Below, piece by piece: positions 44,963-57,257 of a stretch of DNA of 64,000 bases. A program made the translations under genes and the position numbers. The notes below the pieces were generated by a model that searched no databases, was not told the DNA's origin, and saw only the letters and a list, made by a program, of their open reading frames with translations. Origin of the DNA: the human T2T-CHM13v2.0 reference genome, Homo sapiens; the NCBI RefSeq assembly GCF_009914755.1, contig NC_060940.1. One strand, written 5' to 3'. How positions within the stretch are numbered: the stretch's first letter is position 1; every line of letters starts with the position of its first letter.

Positions 44963-45342
44963 TTTTTTTTTTCTACCCAAAAGTGACTGCTATGCCATTT
45001 TGGGATATTCTGTCTAGTCATTTTTTCTATGCATTTTTTAAAATTATACTTTAAGTTCTGGGATACATGTGCAGAATGTGCAGGTTTGTTACATAGGTAT
45101 GCACGTGCCATGGTGATTTGCTGCACCCATCAACCAATCATCTACATTAGGTATTTATCCTAACGCTATCCCTCCTCTGGCTCCCCACACCCTGACAGGC
45201 CCCGGTGTGTGATGTTTCCTTCCCTGTGTCCATGTGTTCTTATTGTTCAACTCCCACTTATGAGTGAGAACATACAGTGTTTTGTTTTCTGTTCCTGTGT
45301 TAGTTCACTGAGAATGATGGTTTCCAGCTTCAGCCATGTACA
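44963..45342 (-). mobile_element. 5'-truncated L1PA 3' UTR with an extra 3' segment
   Basis: ttatactttaagttctgggatacatgtgcag L1PA end; TSD tagtttgattttt at 44955-44967 and 45343-45355. Confidence 0.9.
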
Positions 45343-45881
45343 TAGTTTGATTTTTAATGTGAAATTTGAGCTGTCTTTGAAATATCCAGATGATAATGTT
45401 CATAAAGCAACTGACAATGTGGATTAACAGCTTAAGCAGACCAATGGGGCAAGGCATATGATTTTACGGCCAGCCACATTAAACAAGTGGCTGAAGATAC
45501 AGGGGTGACCATGAAAGACAATGGAGGGAAGGAGAGAGAAAAGGAAACGGCAAGGGGATAAAGAGAAGAAGAAACAGGAGGAGAAAATGAAGGAGGAGAA
45601 CTAATGGAGAAGGGTGAGAAAGAGGAAGAGGGATAGGAAAAGGTATTATGGGGAAGAAAAAAGAACTCTGAGGAACAAAATCACCTTAAGGAGTACGCGA
45701 CAAAATAAGAGAAAGTCATTCAAACATAAAACAGATCAAGTCAAGGAGAACAACTAGGATATTCTCTTTCTCAGAAATGCCTGAGAATAACTTACTTGCA
45801 AATTAAGTCATTTATTCTACAAAAGATTTTTCTTTATTTGAAATTTAAATTCCAACTAATTTCCATCAGGAATGTTATAAA

Positions 45882-45882
<1 letters not shown>

Positions 45883-45916
<34 letters not shown>
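45883..45916. repeat. (CA)n microsatellite
   Basis: Directly visible. Confidence 0.95.
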
Positions 45917-45919
<3 letters not shown>

Positions 45920-47227
45920 TATCTCACTGGATTGCTAAATTAAAATATCAGGACCACATTTGGGAGGTAAGGCATTCTGTACTATACCTGACAATGGTCA
46001 CCCAATTTAGCCTTGAAAACCATAATCAATACTTGGCCTTTATTTGTGTCTAAAGTGAAGATGTTATTGAAGACACTATATGTCTGTATACTTCCTCTGG
46101 TGTTCATATCTTTATTTATTTGCAATTTTCTTGAGCAACTTAATTTTATAAAACTTGAGAACAGGGTTCTTGATCATATTTCTTTTTTTTATTTTTTCTC
46201 GCAGTTCCTTTAATGTTAAGTTTGGGGGCTTTAAATAATGAATATACATGTCTGTATTTACCAAATTCTGGCTTCCAATTTATCTCTACCTGTGTTTATT
46301 TGTCTCACCTTGTTCACCTGCTTCAAAGCTATGTGACTTTACTACATAGCATGCACCCTTATAGGCTGTCTTAAATGCAACTTGAAACAAACTTGGATAT
46401 GTACTACACATTTTAAAAAATGGCTTTTGTAATCTTATACTTTGAACTTTAGATTCTGCCTACTACTTTTATCATACAAGGAAGAGCTCTAAAATCCTTC
46501 CTTTTATTATAGAATGTCTGGGTTGAGGGGTTTCTTATCATCATGGCAGGGGTTTAGGGATAGATAAGCAGATTCCAAAGAGGGAGAAACAAGAATAAAA
46601 TCATGTTTGAAATACAGACTGCTCTGTAATATGTGATGGAGTCTTCAATGACTCAGAAAAATTGAGAGTGGGTCAATGGTACTAGCAGTCACTCCTAAAA
46701 AATGTTGTTAAGATGGACACAAATACAGAGGCCCTTGGTAATGTCGATTGCCTAATCCACCCTAGACATGAACCACTAGAGCAACCTAATATCTGGCTGA
46801 CTACAGACCTAGATGACTTTCTGTTTCTCTGTGTGCTGCATCTGCATGTGAATATACACAAACAAATAATTAAACATCAAGCAAATATCAACAGGATTAG
46901 CTTGGCATGTTAGAACAAATCTTGATAAATCTGCCTCAGTAACAATACTCAAACTACAAGTCTATGAGAGGAATACAAATTCAGCTTATTGAAGTATTGT
47001 CATGTAAGGAAAGATATTTTAATAAAATTGCTCTTCCATCAGTTCCTGTTACTAAGGGACTAAAGCTACTGAGCTGTGGAACTTAGGCCAAAAAGGGGGA
47101 TTTGGAAATGCAAATTAGAGATAAGGTGGTAATAAATGTCTTTCATTCAGCAATACACCATCCTTGATGCCAGGAGCTATTCTAAAGATGACTTTTAATA
47201 GATCTGTGAAATTGGAAGCATACATAC

Positions 47228-47522
47228 CCAAAATGGACATTTCTGGCACAGTAGCATGATAGGGTCCATTAAGAAACTCTGGTGCATTGTCATTGATGTC
47301 TTGAACTTTAATAATAAATTCAGAAGGAGGCTCCAGAGGTTTGCTTGTCTCCCAGTCCACTGCTTGAGCTGTTAGGGTATACTCAGCCTTTTCCTCCCGG
47401 TCAAGTCTTTTTATAGCATGGATATCTCCAGTTACATCATTTATTTGAAATATGGTCCCAGCTCCATCACCTGATAGGATATACTTGATTTTTTTGCTCC
47501 CAGGATCCAGGTCTGTGTGTAG
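47228..47522 (-). CDS. CDH8: Cadherin-8 internal coding exon (295 bp; EC1 domain and start of EC2; probably exon 3)
   Basis: Minus strand translates to [98 protein letters not shown](G), recognised as cadherin-8, with LDRE and DINDN Ca2+-binding motifs. Acceptor ttttcatttcag|CTA; donor TTGG|gtatgt. Phase 0 in, phase 1 out. Confidence 0.97.
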
Positions 47523-47550
47523 CTGAAATGAAAAATGGCATTAGTTAGTG
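47523..47550 (-). promoter_or_regulatory. Branch point, polypyrimidine tract and 3' splice site of the 295-bp exon
   Basis: Minus strand CACTAACTAATgccatttttcatttcag; candidate branch A at -23 (47545) or -19 (47541). Confidence 0.8.
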
Positions 47551-49366
47551 ATGGAGCAATCTGAAAAGTTATTTTTTTAACTACCTCCTTTTTGAATATT
47601 AAGTTGGTTCTTTTTACATAACATCATCAATTTCTGCTAATAGTAGCTGTACAAAGTGTATGCAGCTGTGCGGATATCAATTAAGAATAAAATATAATGA
47701 AATTCATCTAAATAAGTTAGAACAGTCCTTAAAAAGTACTCTGGCCTGTTTAGTATAAAACAACATGCTTTTAGAATGATAAAAAGGTCAAGGAGAAAAA
47801 TACAAAAATATATGTGTTATTTTCCATTTATTACATTTGCTTAAATTATTATGATTAGTCACCTTTTATGGGTCACTATCTGTATGCCCAGGACTAGGTG
47901 AATCACTTCTCATATAATCATATCCTTTTTATTTAAAAAACTGGGTTAAGAATATTTCATATGACACATAAGAAAACTGATGCTGAACGAGGCACATATT
48001 TACCTCTCCAAGGTTTATATTTGACAGACTCAAGTATGGTAGATCCAGAATTCAACTCAGATCTGCCTGTGATGTTTATACAAACAAAAGTAATTCTAAT
48101 ATATTGACTGATATTAAGATATTATGTTTTTGAAAGTCTTTTTTCCTTTAGTTCTGACAATTCGTCTAGTCCAGGAAAATCATTCCCATTTTATAGAGAA
48201 GAACACTGAGGCCAGAATTTAGGAGTACATTTTCCAGAAATGGAACCCCTTCAGAAAATGACAACTTTTCACCATGAACCCAAATCCATTTTTGGTCATA
48301 GCAATGAATATTTACTGAATTTGTGTGTCAGGCAAATAGTCTGCCTAAAACATTTTGGTAGGTACCAGGGAAAACAGAATCCCTGGTTTTAAGGTTCTGA
48401 CAATTTTCTCTCAGGCTGGAGACAGGAGTATTCTAATATTATACACGGTGTCTCTCCTGTTTTAAAAAACTAAAATAAAATAAAACAATAATATATGTAT
48501 TTGGGGGTTTGAATTTTTAAAAGAAAAGCCCATTGCGATGTACTACTTCAATGTACATATTTTCAGTTTAACTCAGTTACTTAACTGCCAATATAGTTCC
48601 AGTTGAGATTTCAAATATTTGTTCCAAAAAAAAAAAAAAAAAACCGCCTTGTGGAAAGAAACTCCTAGAAATTCAAAAGATGCTGTGTTCTCTTGGGATC
48701 CCTTTTATTCAGAACAGCCTCTTTCACGTTCTTCAACAATTTAAATTGTATTAAGCCCTTCAATAAGTGAAAAGAAAGGCTTATAAAAAAGACATAAAAT
48801 AGCAACAAAGATTCCAAATGCATCTAGATCTCCTACTTTACTTTTGAATATTTTTTAAAGTTAAAGCATAAGATTACATCAAATATTTATTGATTCTCAA
48901 AATGTATCCCTTTCATTTATTGTATAAAATGTATTAACATGAACAAATATTGAAATGCCACTTTATCTTAATGAATGTGGGATTATAATTCATTAATGTG
49001 ATATTAATCCTAATTTATGATCATTTTAATTTATGCACATGTTAACATTTTCATTAGCATTTTTATTAAAAAAATTTGAATAATATATAATTCATGGAAG
49101 TTTCCATTCACATACAAGGAGTTCTTGAGACACAGAAGGGATCAGTATGTATCATTTTTGTCCACAAAACTTTGTTAATTAACAAATAAACTATTACATT
49201 TGGTGTCATTATTATTTATGTTAAAACTTATTTGTGCCATATTTTCTTCTAATTATCAATAGCCTCTGATTATTAAATGATATTACAATTTTATGTTTCA
49301 ATGCTCCCTTCTGTTAAAATTAACTAAGAGAAGTAACTAATGATAAAAAAGAAGCATAGGTTTTTG

Positions 49367-49658
49367 TTTGTTTGTTTTGTTTTGTTTTTTGAGACGGAGT
49401 CTCGCTCTGTCGCCCAGGCTGGAGTGCAGTGACGCGATCTCAGCTCATTGCAAGCTCCGCCTGCCGGGTTGACGCCATTCTCCTGCCTCAGCCGCCCGAG
49501 TAGCTGGGATTACAGGCGCCCGCCACGGCGCCCGGCTAATTTTTTGTATTTTTAGTAGAGACAGGGTTTCACTGTGGTCTTGATCTCCTGACCTTGTGAT
49601 CCACCCACCTCGGCCTCCCAAAGTGCTGGGATTACAGGCGTGAGCCACCTCGCCCGGC
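49367..49658 (-). mobile_element. Young AluY-lineage SINE with a 12-bp left-arm deletion (AluYd-type)
   Basis: CpG-rich; perfect 16-bp TSD gaagcataggtttttg at 49351-49366 and 49659-49674; reads AAGACCA^CAGTGAAACC, lacking TCCTGGCTAACA. Confidence 0.9.
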
Positions 49659-50489
49659 GAAGCATAGGTTTTTGAAAGAACAAAACACAAAGCTAAGATT
49701 CTGGTTTCTCTAACTACATGAACTGAAGAAATTCACTCATTTATTTGTGTTTCAGTTACTTTGCCTAGAAGACGGGGATAAAGCATCTATCTGCAGAACT
49801 GATTTTAGAAACTGAAACCATCCAGCTATCCGAAAATTATTAAAACAGAGAAGAGGCACTATTAAGTGACCATTTTTACTTCATATCACATTCAGTCATA
49901 TGCAACTATCTGAAAACATTGTGATAATCCCAGTTCCAATGTAAGTGAAAGTAAATTCTCAAGACTCCATTCAAAAACAGCTTTTAAATATACAGCACTT
50001 TTTAAAAAAAAAAAAATGAGGTATATACGTCCTCTTTCTTTCAGAAATTTCACTTTTAGCTTATCCAAGTAAAATCCAGATCCTGGGGCCAATGATAATC
50101 TCAGAACACAATATATGTATGTTCATTTATTTCATCCTATTATTTGTATCACACACACTGACACACACAGACATGTACATACTCTTGCACATGACTTGTT
50201 CAGGTAACCAACTTGATAATATAAGAAAAGACTGTAGGTGTGCAAAACCAGCAATTTACAGAGAGCAACGTCACCTGAGGCTGCAGGTCTGGCCCTCCAA
50301 GTACAGAATACATGGTTACAAGCTGTGGCTTTTTCTGTCAGTCTTCACATAAGTGTGTCATATCATATTCACTTAAATGCAACAACACTGCCTGGTCAAC
50401 GTACGCCCCCTAAGAACCTCCTCTCTGAGATTATGGCGCCAAAGATATCCCAAATGCACTGAATGTTCACATATGTGCATCATGTAGAG

Positions 50490-51176
50490 CAGGGATCCCC
50501 AATTTCTAGGCCATGAACTAATTCTGGTCCAGGCCTCAGGGCAGGAGGTGAGCAGCAGATGAGCGAACATTACTGCTTAAAAAATACTCTGGACTGTTTG
50601 GTATAAACCAAAATGCTTTTAAAATGATTTTAAAAGAAAGGTCAAGGAGAAAAATACAAAAATATAAGTGTTATTTTCAACTTATTGATACATTTCTTGA
50701 AAGTGATTATGATTAGCTACCTTTTATGGGTCACTATCTGTGTGATAAGGGCTATGTGAATCACTTCTCATGTAATCATTTCCTTTTTAGAAACAAAATG
50801 AGCTAAGAATATTTCATGTGAAACATATAAAACACAGAGCGGATACATGGTTACAAGCTGCTGTTTTTTCTGCTGCTCTTCACGTAAGGGTGTTATACCT
50901 TGTTCACATAAAGGCAACAACACTGCCCTGTCAACATATCCACCCAGAACCCTTTGTCAGATCAGCAGTGGCATTAGATTCTCATAGGAGCAGGAACCCT
51001 ATTGTGAACTGCACATGCATGGGATCTAGGTTGCATGCTCCTTATGAGAATCTAATGCCTGATGATCGGAGGTGGATTCGTTTCATCTGGAAACCAAATT
51101 CCCACCTTTTCCAGTCTGTAGAAAAATTGTCTTCCACAAAACTGGTCCTTGGTGCCAAAAAGGCTGGGGAAGGGTG
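50490..51176 (+). mobile_element. MER1B hAT-Charlie transposon carrying an internal insert of about 375 bp
   Basis: cagggatccccaa ... ggtgccaaaaaggctggggaagggtg termini; internal ttagattctcataggag...cttatgagaatctaa; 8-bp TSD ATGTAGAG / ATCTAGAG. Confidence 0.88.
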
Positions 51177-51846
51177 ATCTAGAGAAACGAGTGCCATCTC
51201 TTCCAAGGGCTGCTTCTGCTCATCAGAGTGGGATCAGAATCACATGCAATCCCGCCTGGGCAGGTAGGACTCATTCAGCTGGCTGTAGTACAATAAGATC
51301 TCATCCATTCATTCGATAAACCCCATGCTCTTCTCTGTCTTAGGGAGACACAGACAAAGTCTCTGCTCTCAGAATACCATAATTTTGTGGGAGACAGAAA
51401 CAAATAAACAGAAAATTTAGGGGAAATAGAGCCATTAATATATTAATATTTTAGTAAACTACATAGTAATATATTGTTAATATATGTAATTAATATATTT
51501 AATTATGGTTATTATTAATGTATTGACTATTTATTACCTGGTAAACATTTCATATTTATAATGTTATATTCACAGCAAACTAAAGATGATTTCTTCATTT
51601 TACCAATGAGATTACTGAGATTGAGAGATTTTCACGGAACTTTCCCAGAGAGTTTATAATCTGCAAGTAGCAAACTTAATGGCACAAATTTTGGAGTTCA
51701 TTTCTGGATTCAAATGTATGCTGTAAGAGCCATGCTAAGAGAGGAACTGGGGACTGTGAGAGCATACAGAAATTTTACTTAACTCAGAAAATGGGGTATA
51801 GAGGGACAGAAAGTCCACCCCAAAGAAGTAATGATTAAAACTTCAG

Positions 51847-51971
51847 GGGCAGGAGAATCGTTGAACCCCGGAGGTGGAGGTTGCAGTGAGCCAAGATCGT
51901 ACCATTCCACTCCAGCCTGGGCGACAGAGCAAGACTCCGTCTTGAAAAAAAAGAAAAAAGAAAAAAAAAAG
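51847..51971 (+). mobile_element. Alu right-arm fragment (5'-truncated)
   Basis: ggcaggagaatcgttgaacc...poly(A); flanks aaaacttcag / aaaagcttcag. Confidence 0.9.
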
Positions 51972-53445
51972 CTTCAGATCTCAACATTGGAGAAAATGTG
52001 TGCCAAGCACAGGGAATATTGTGGGTAAAAATGCAGAGATGAGAGAGAGCATAGTATGGGAGAGAAACTAATAGATAGAGCAAGGAATTGAGGAAAAGAA
52101 AGGTAATAAGAAATAAGAATAAGAGAGCAAGACAGGGGCCACATTACACAGAGTTGTGAAACCAAGATACAGGGTATGGATTTAACTATAAATGTGACAA
52201 GAAACCATAAATAAATGGTTTCAAAAAGGAGTTTGACTTCATAATAGTTTTGTTGTAGTATATTGCAGTGATTGGTGTGTGCTTACAAGCAAACAATATG
52301 GAAGCAAAGAGAAAGGGGAGGTCAGGAAAAAAACATAGACACCATTCTCAAAGCTTCCTTAATTCTGATTCTCGAGGCCAGCCTAGCATCCAGGATCTGG
52401 CACGTTTACAACCAGATGAATCCTCAAACCCTCTGGCCACCCACTGCAGCCTGGTTGGAGAAGCAGAGAGTATCAAGTGTGCAATGAATAATCCCAGTCA
52501 TATACAGTAAGCCTTCAATTTCAGGAATTCTAACAGGACTGCTACATAATGGAGCTGAATTGTGTGTATCAGCACCATTATACCCTCATCATCTTCCATA
52601 TATTTGCCTAACACCATCCAATTAAAAGACAAGATTTTACTATAAAAGTTTCATGGGAAGAATCACCTGCATTTCATTCTCCTTTGTATTTCCTCTGCCT
52701 AGTAAGGTATCTGGCATATTGTTGGAAGCCCAGTAAATATTTGTGGAGTAAAGTGAAAATAAAGGAATGGAAAGAAAGGAGATTTTTCCATTTATTTTCA
52801 AAACAATGATTGTAAAAAGAAGACAAAGGAATTTAGAAAAATTATTCCCAGGGCCCTAAAATCTTATCTGCTATAAATGCAAAGCCCTCGCATTTCCTCA
52901 CATATGTATTCAAATTTAGCATCCAACATAGGAATTAAGACGTTTTAAAGGAGCTGATGGAAGAAAAGATGGGTAGGTGATAGATGGGTAATGGATGAAT
53001 AATGGATGATAGATGCCAATTATCTTGTACACAGTCATCACTGCTTTCAAAATCAGAGTAAGAACCCTGGTCTTCAGTATCATTCATATCCTTCTCAAGG
53101 TTGCACACACTGATTGTGAAAAAATAATGCAAATTACTTTTTCATCCTCTTACACAGGATTCTTCAGGAGCCTAAAGTAATCCTAGGACAACAGCACCAA
53201 GAGTAGAAAAATACTCCTTTGTGAGTAGCTATCTTAATACCAAATCTACTCAGTTACCAGAGAAGATCAGACTGGGCCACTCTGCCTACCTCTTCCTCTA
53301 GAATAAGATGAGGATTGGGATTGAGTAAATTACACAGGAAATTGCTTCCACATTTGAAAATCAGGTAGCTCTGACATCAAAACTTCTTTTGAAGTTTCAC
53401 TCTATCAAGAAGGACATCATGGGAAAGTTTCTCCAAGTACCTAAG

Positions 53446-53741
53446 GGCCAGACATGGTGGTTCATGCTTGTAATCCCAACACTTAGAGAGGCTGAGGTGG
53501 GCAGATTGCTTGAGCCCAGGAATTCGAGGCCAGCCTGAGCAACAAAGTGAGACCCTGTATCTAAAAAAAATAGAAAAAATTAGCTGGGCATGGTGGTGCA
53601 CGCCTGCAGTCCCAGCTACCCAGGAGGCCAAGGTGGGAAGATCACGTGAGCCTGGGTGTCAAGGCTGCAGTAAGCCATGATTGCACCACTGCACTCCAAC
53701 CTAGCTGACAGAGTGAGACCCTGTTGCAAAAAAAAAAAAAA
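53446..53741 (+). mobile_element. AluJ-type SINE
   Basis: Full Alu with ttgagcccagg and gtcaaggctgcagt diagnostics. Confidence 0.92.
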
Positions 53742-53811
53742 GTTAAGTAAAGAAATATATAACTTACTGGGGAGAAAACCTACACCTTTTAGAACCCAAA
53801 GAGTTAACAGG

Positions 53812-54112
53812 GGCCAGACACGGTGGCTCACGCCTGTAATCCCAGCACTTTGGGAGGCCCAGGTGGGCGGATCACGAGGTCAGGAGATCGAGACCATCCT
53901 GGCTAACACGGTGAAACCCTGTCTCTACTAAAATACAAAAAATTAGCTGGTCATGGTGGCTGGTGCCTGTAGTCCCAGCTATTCAGGAGGCTGAGGCAGG
54001 AGAATGGTGTGAACCCTGGAGGTGGAGCTTGCAGTGAGCCAATATTGCGCCACTGCACTCCAGCCTGCGCGACAGAGTGAGACTCAGTCTCAAAAAAAAA
54101 AAAAAAAAAAAA
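53812..54112 (+). mobile_element. AluY-type SINE
   Basis: gagatcgagaccatcctggctaacacgg; TSD aaagagttaac; long A-tail. Confidence 0.93.
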
Positions 54113-57100
54113 GAGTTAACTGATCACTGCAACATGAATCTCTGTCATATATTGATCCCAATTTTTCATTAATCTGTTCACCCTTAGAGAGGAGAGCAAG
54201 CTTAGCACTCCTGAATCAAATTACATCTTAGCATTATTTTCTCCAAATCATGCCTGTCAGGCAGAAAGAGAGAAACTGGGCAGCTGGCTATCAAGCTGTC
54301 AGTGAATTAATTACTATCCTTAACTCAGAGCCATTCAATATCAAAGATGGGACCAGGGACTTTGACATGATATTAGTTTTGGGCCCAAGTCTCCCAAATG
54401 ATAAGCATATAGGACTTCAATCTAGAGCAGACAAGTGTTTAGGCTACTAGGACAGCGAAAGGGCAGGAAGGAGAAAGAAAAGGAGGAGCTGAAGACTTCT
54501 CTGCATGTTTCTGAACTGCTACCAAAAAGATCAGGAGTAAGCCTTGAAATTGACTCATGTTAACTTCCATTCAGCCTTCTTTCATACTACAGAATATCTC
54601 ACAATGAATGTTACCAAATGTGAAATGGACCATTCAAGAAACATTGTTTTCAGGGAGAACTGAACACCCACTTGTGATTGATGCTTTGGAGCTGAATAAA
54701 GCATCATGTGATGGTGGTAGATGGAGTGGGAGGAGGGAGGCTTCAGGCTGCACCACATAATTGGGAAAATGCCTTTATATGCTGAAATGTCTTACTGCTA
54801 CAGTCAATCTAAATAAGGCAAATATAGTTATCTTTCATTCGGTCCTTCCATTCTTAATAAGTTGCAGAAACAAATTACATCATAAAATTAAAGCTAGGCA
54901 ATAAGCATACGAATACCCCAAAATTTTAGTTAAAATTAAGTTTGGAATATGCAATGACCCTCATGATCACATAGTCTAAGGAAAAAATATTTCTGTGAAA
55001 TAAAAACACTTCTCAAGGTAATTCTCATATTATACCAAAGTACCCTTAAATTTGTCTTACAAAGTGAAAGGCTAAAGGAGAAATAATCCTTGATCAAATG
55101 AAAAGAACATAGTATCCAACACTGGAAATAACCTCTGCTCTACGAAAAAAAAAAGAAAGAAAAATATTTAACATTTTATGGCAGGCAAATGTGTAGCATT
55201 TGGTATCTCAGACATGCTTTCCTTCCATTCTGTGTCAGCTGCTGGTGTGAGCGTTGAACAGCTTGACCTGGCCATGGGGACCGGTGCCCAGAGAAATAGA
55301 AAATTGAAAACATGCCCAAATGAACTGCTGTTTTTGGCTGTGGACACCTGGAAAAAAGTCAAAGAATGGAATGCACTGCTTGTGCTACTCTTTTAAATGG
55401 TAAGTTCCACAAGTGCAAGCCCTCTATGTGCATTATTCATCACTATACCAAACAACCAGCATGGTACTTGGCACATATTAGGTGTTCATTAAAGACTAAC
55501 TTTTTGTCTCCATAAGACATATCTCAATACCCTACACCTTGTCGGTGATTCTACACAGATGAATGGCTTAGGTGACATAACTGGATGTAATCCATTGAGT
55601 CAGATTCCAGAACTTATGTACTTTGGCATAATTTTATAAAGACCCTCAGGAAAGCATGAATAGTAAGTCTGAAGACCTCCTGATTCTCTAGAGGAGGAGT
55701 AGACAGAATAGAGAAGCCTCTCTACTTTGCTCCTAAATGGCAATAGAAATGTAACATATACATTTAGAAGCCATGTGTATGAAACCACATGGTCTAGGCA
55801 CCTTCTGTAAACCAATCTGTCCTGTAAAATTTTGAAATAGAATAAACCTAGAAATAGAAAGGCAGTATACCCAAAAACTCAGCTAATAGAAGTGCAAAGA
55901 GAGAATATTTGACAAGGAGAGGCTGGCAAGCTTTTTCCCAGGAGAATTCCCAAGCCAGTGTTCATGGCCTTGGCAAATTTTCTACTATCTTCGGTCTGGA
56001 CCGCAGTTTTACGGGTTTGGAAACAACATGTGTCAGCCCTATAGCAAATCCGTTGCTTGTAGCTAGACTCCAATAAAGTTCACAAATCTCATTTTTTTAT
56101 AAAAAATATAATTTCTAAGATTCTTAAATACTTATTATGATGAGCAAATTATTTTTATATAAGAACCCACACACAAATGAAACCTTTTTGATAGAATTCA
56201 GAGAAAGGAGAATTAGATGGATTAATTCTGTAATTATGCCAGAAAATAAAATCACTTAAATATGCCCATTTAATTTTTTTAAAAGGTCTTAAAAATACAT
56301 CAAGAATGCTCAAATTCTATATTCTTAGAATTTCTCTTTTTCTTTGCATTCTGTGTTGGAAACTCCAATATTTAACCAAGCAGCCACAAAAAAAAAAAAA
56401 AGGCAACAGAAATCACTTCTTTGGATACATATTTTCTTATGTATGCTGATAATAGTCTGATTAAAATATTAAATCTTATGGGCTTGGAAATCAATATGTT
56501 TCTCTAAGACAAGCAAAGATTTAAAAGTGTTCAGACTGTGGGATCTAGAATAAGAGTCTGATAAGAAATAGAGGTAGATTGGAACAAATATACTGAGAAA
56601 TTTACTTAACCTCTCCAAGACTAGTTTCCTTATTTGCAAGATAGTTTAATAACAGTACTTGTCCTTTAGAGTTCTTGTCATTATTAACATTAGATAATAG
56701 ATAATGCTGTTAAAGGCACGATATGTCCCAGAAACTATGATATTCAAATAAAAAGGCATATAGGGTGGACTCTTATGGGGATTAAATTTAGGAAATATAA
56801 TGATGAGTCTGCCCAATCTGGAATTACTTTCCAAGAAAAGTATGCCTATCAACGTATTCGGGGTTAGAATTCAATATACAACATTGATTTGTAGTAAAAA
56901 TAAGAATGTAACTTCTTGAATTAAATTATCTGGATACAATCTGAGCTTAACGTCTTACATTGGGCAAGTTACTTAATAAATACATGTTTGGTACTTATTC
57001 ACCCATTCAATAAGCAATGATATAAAATATATCTGGAAGGTTTTATTTCTTGTTTACTTAATAATTATAAGCCTAGACATGGGAAGAGGGTGGTCGATGT

Positions 57101-57202
57101 GCACTGGGTCAGTGAATAAATACTTGAGTGGGCAAGAGTGTGAGTGAATAGTAATAGTGGGTCAATTACTGAAAAGAGATTTAGGTGAATAACTCCAAGA
57201 GT

Positions 57203-57257
57203 GGAAGGATGGACGGATGGATGGATGGATGGATGAATGGATGGATAGATAGATGGA
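57203..57257. repeat. (GGAT)n tetranucleotide repeat
   Basis: Directly visible. Confidence 0.9.
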
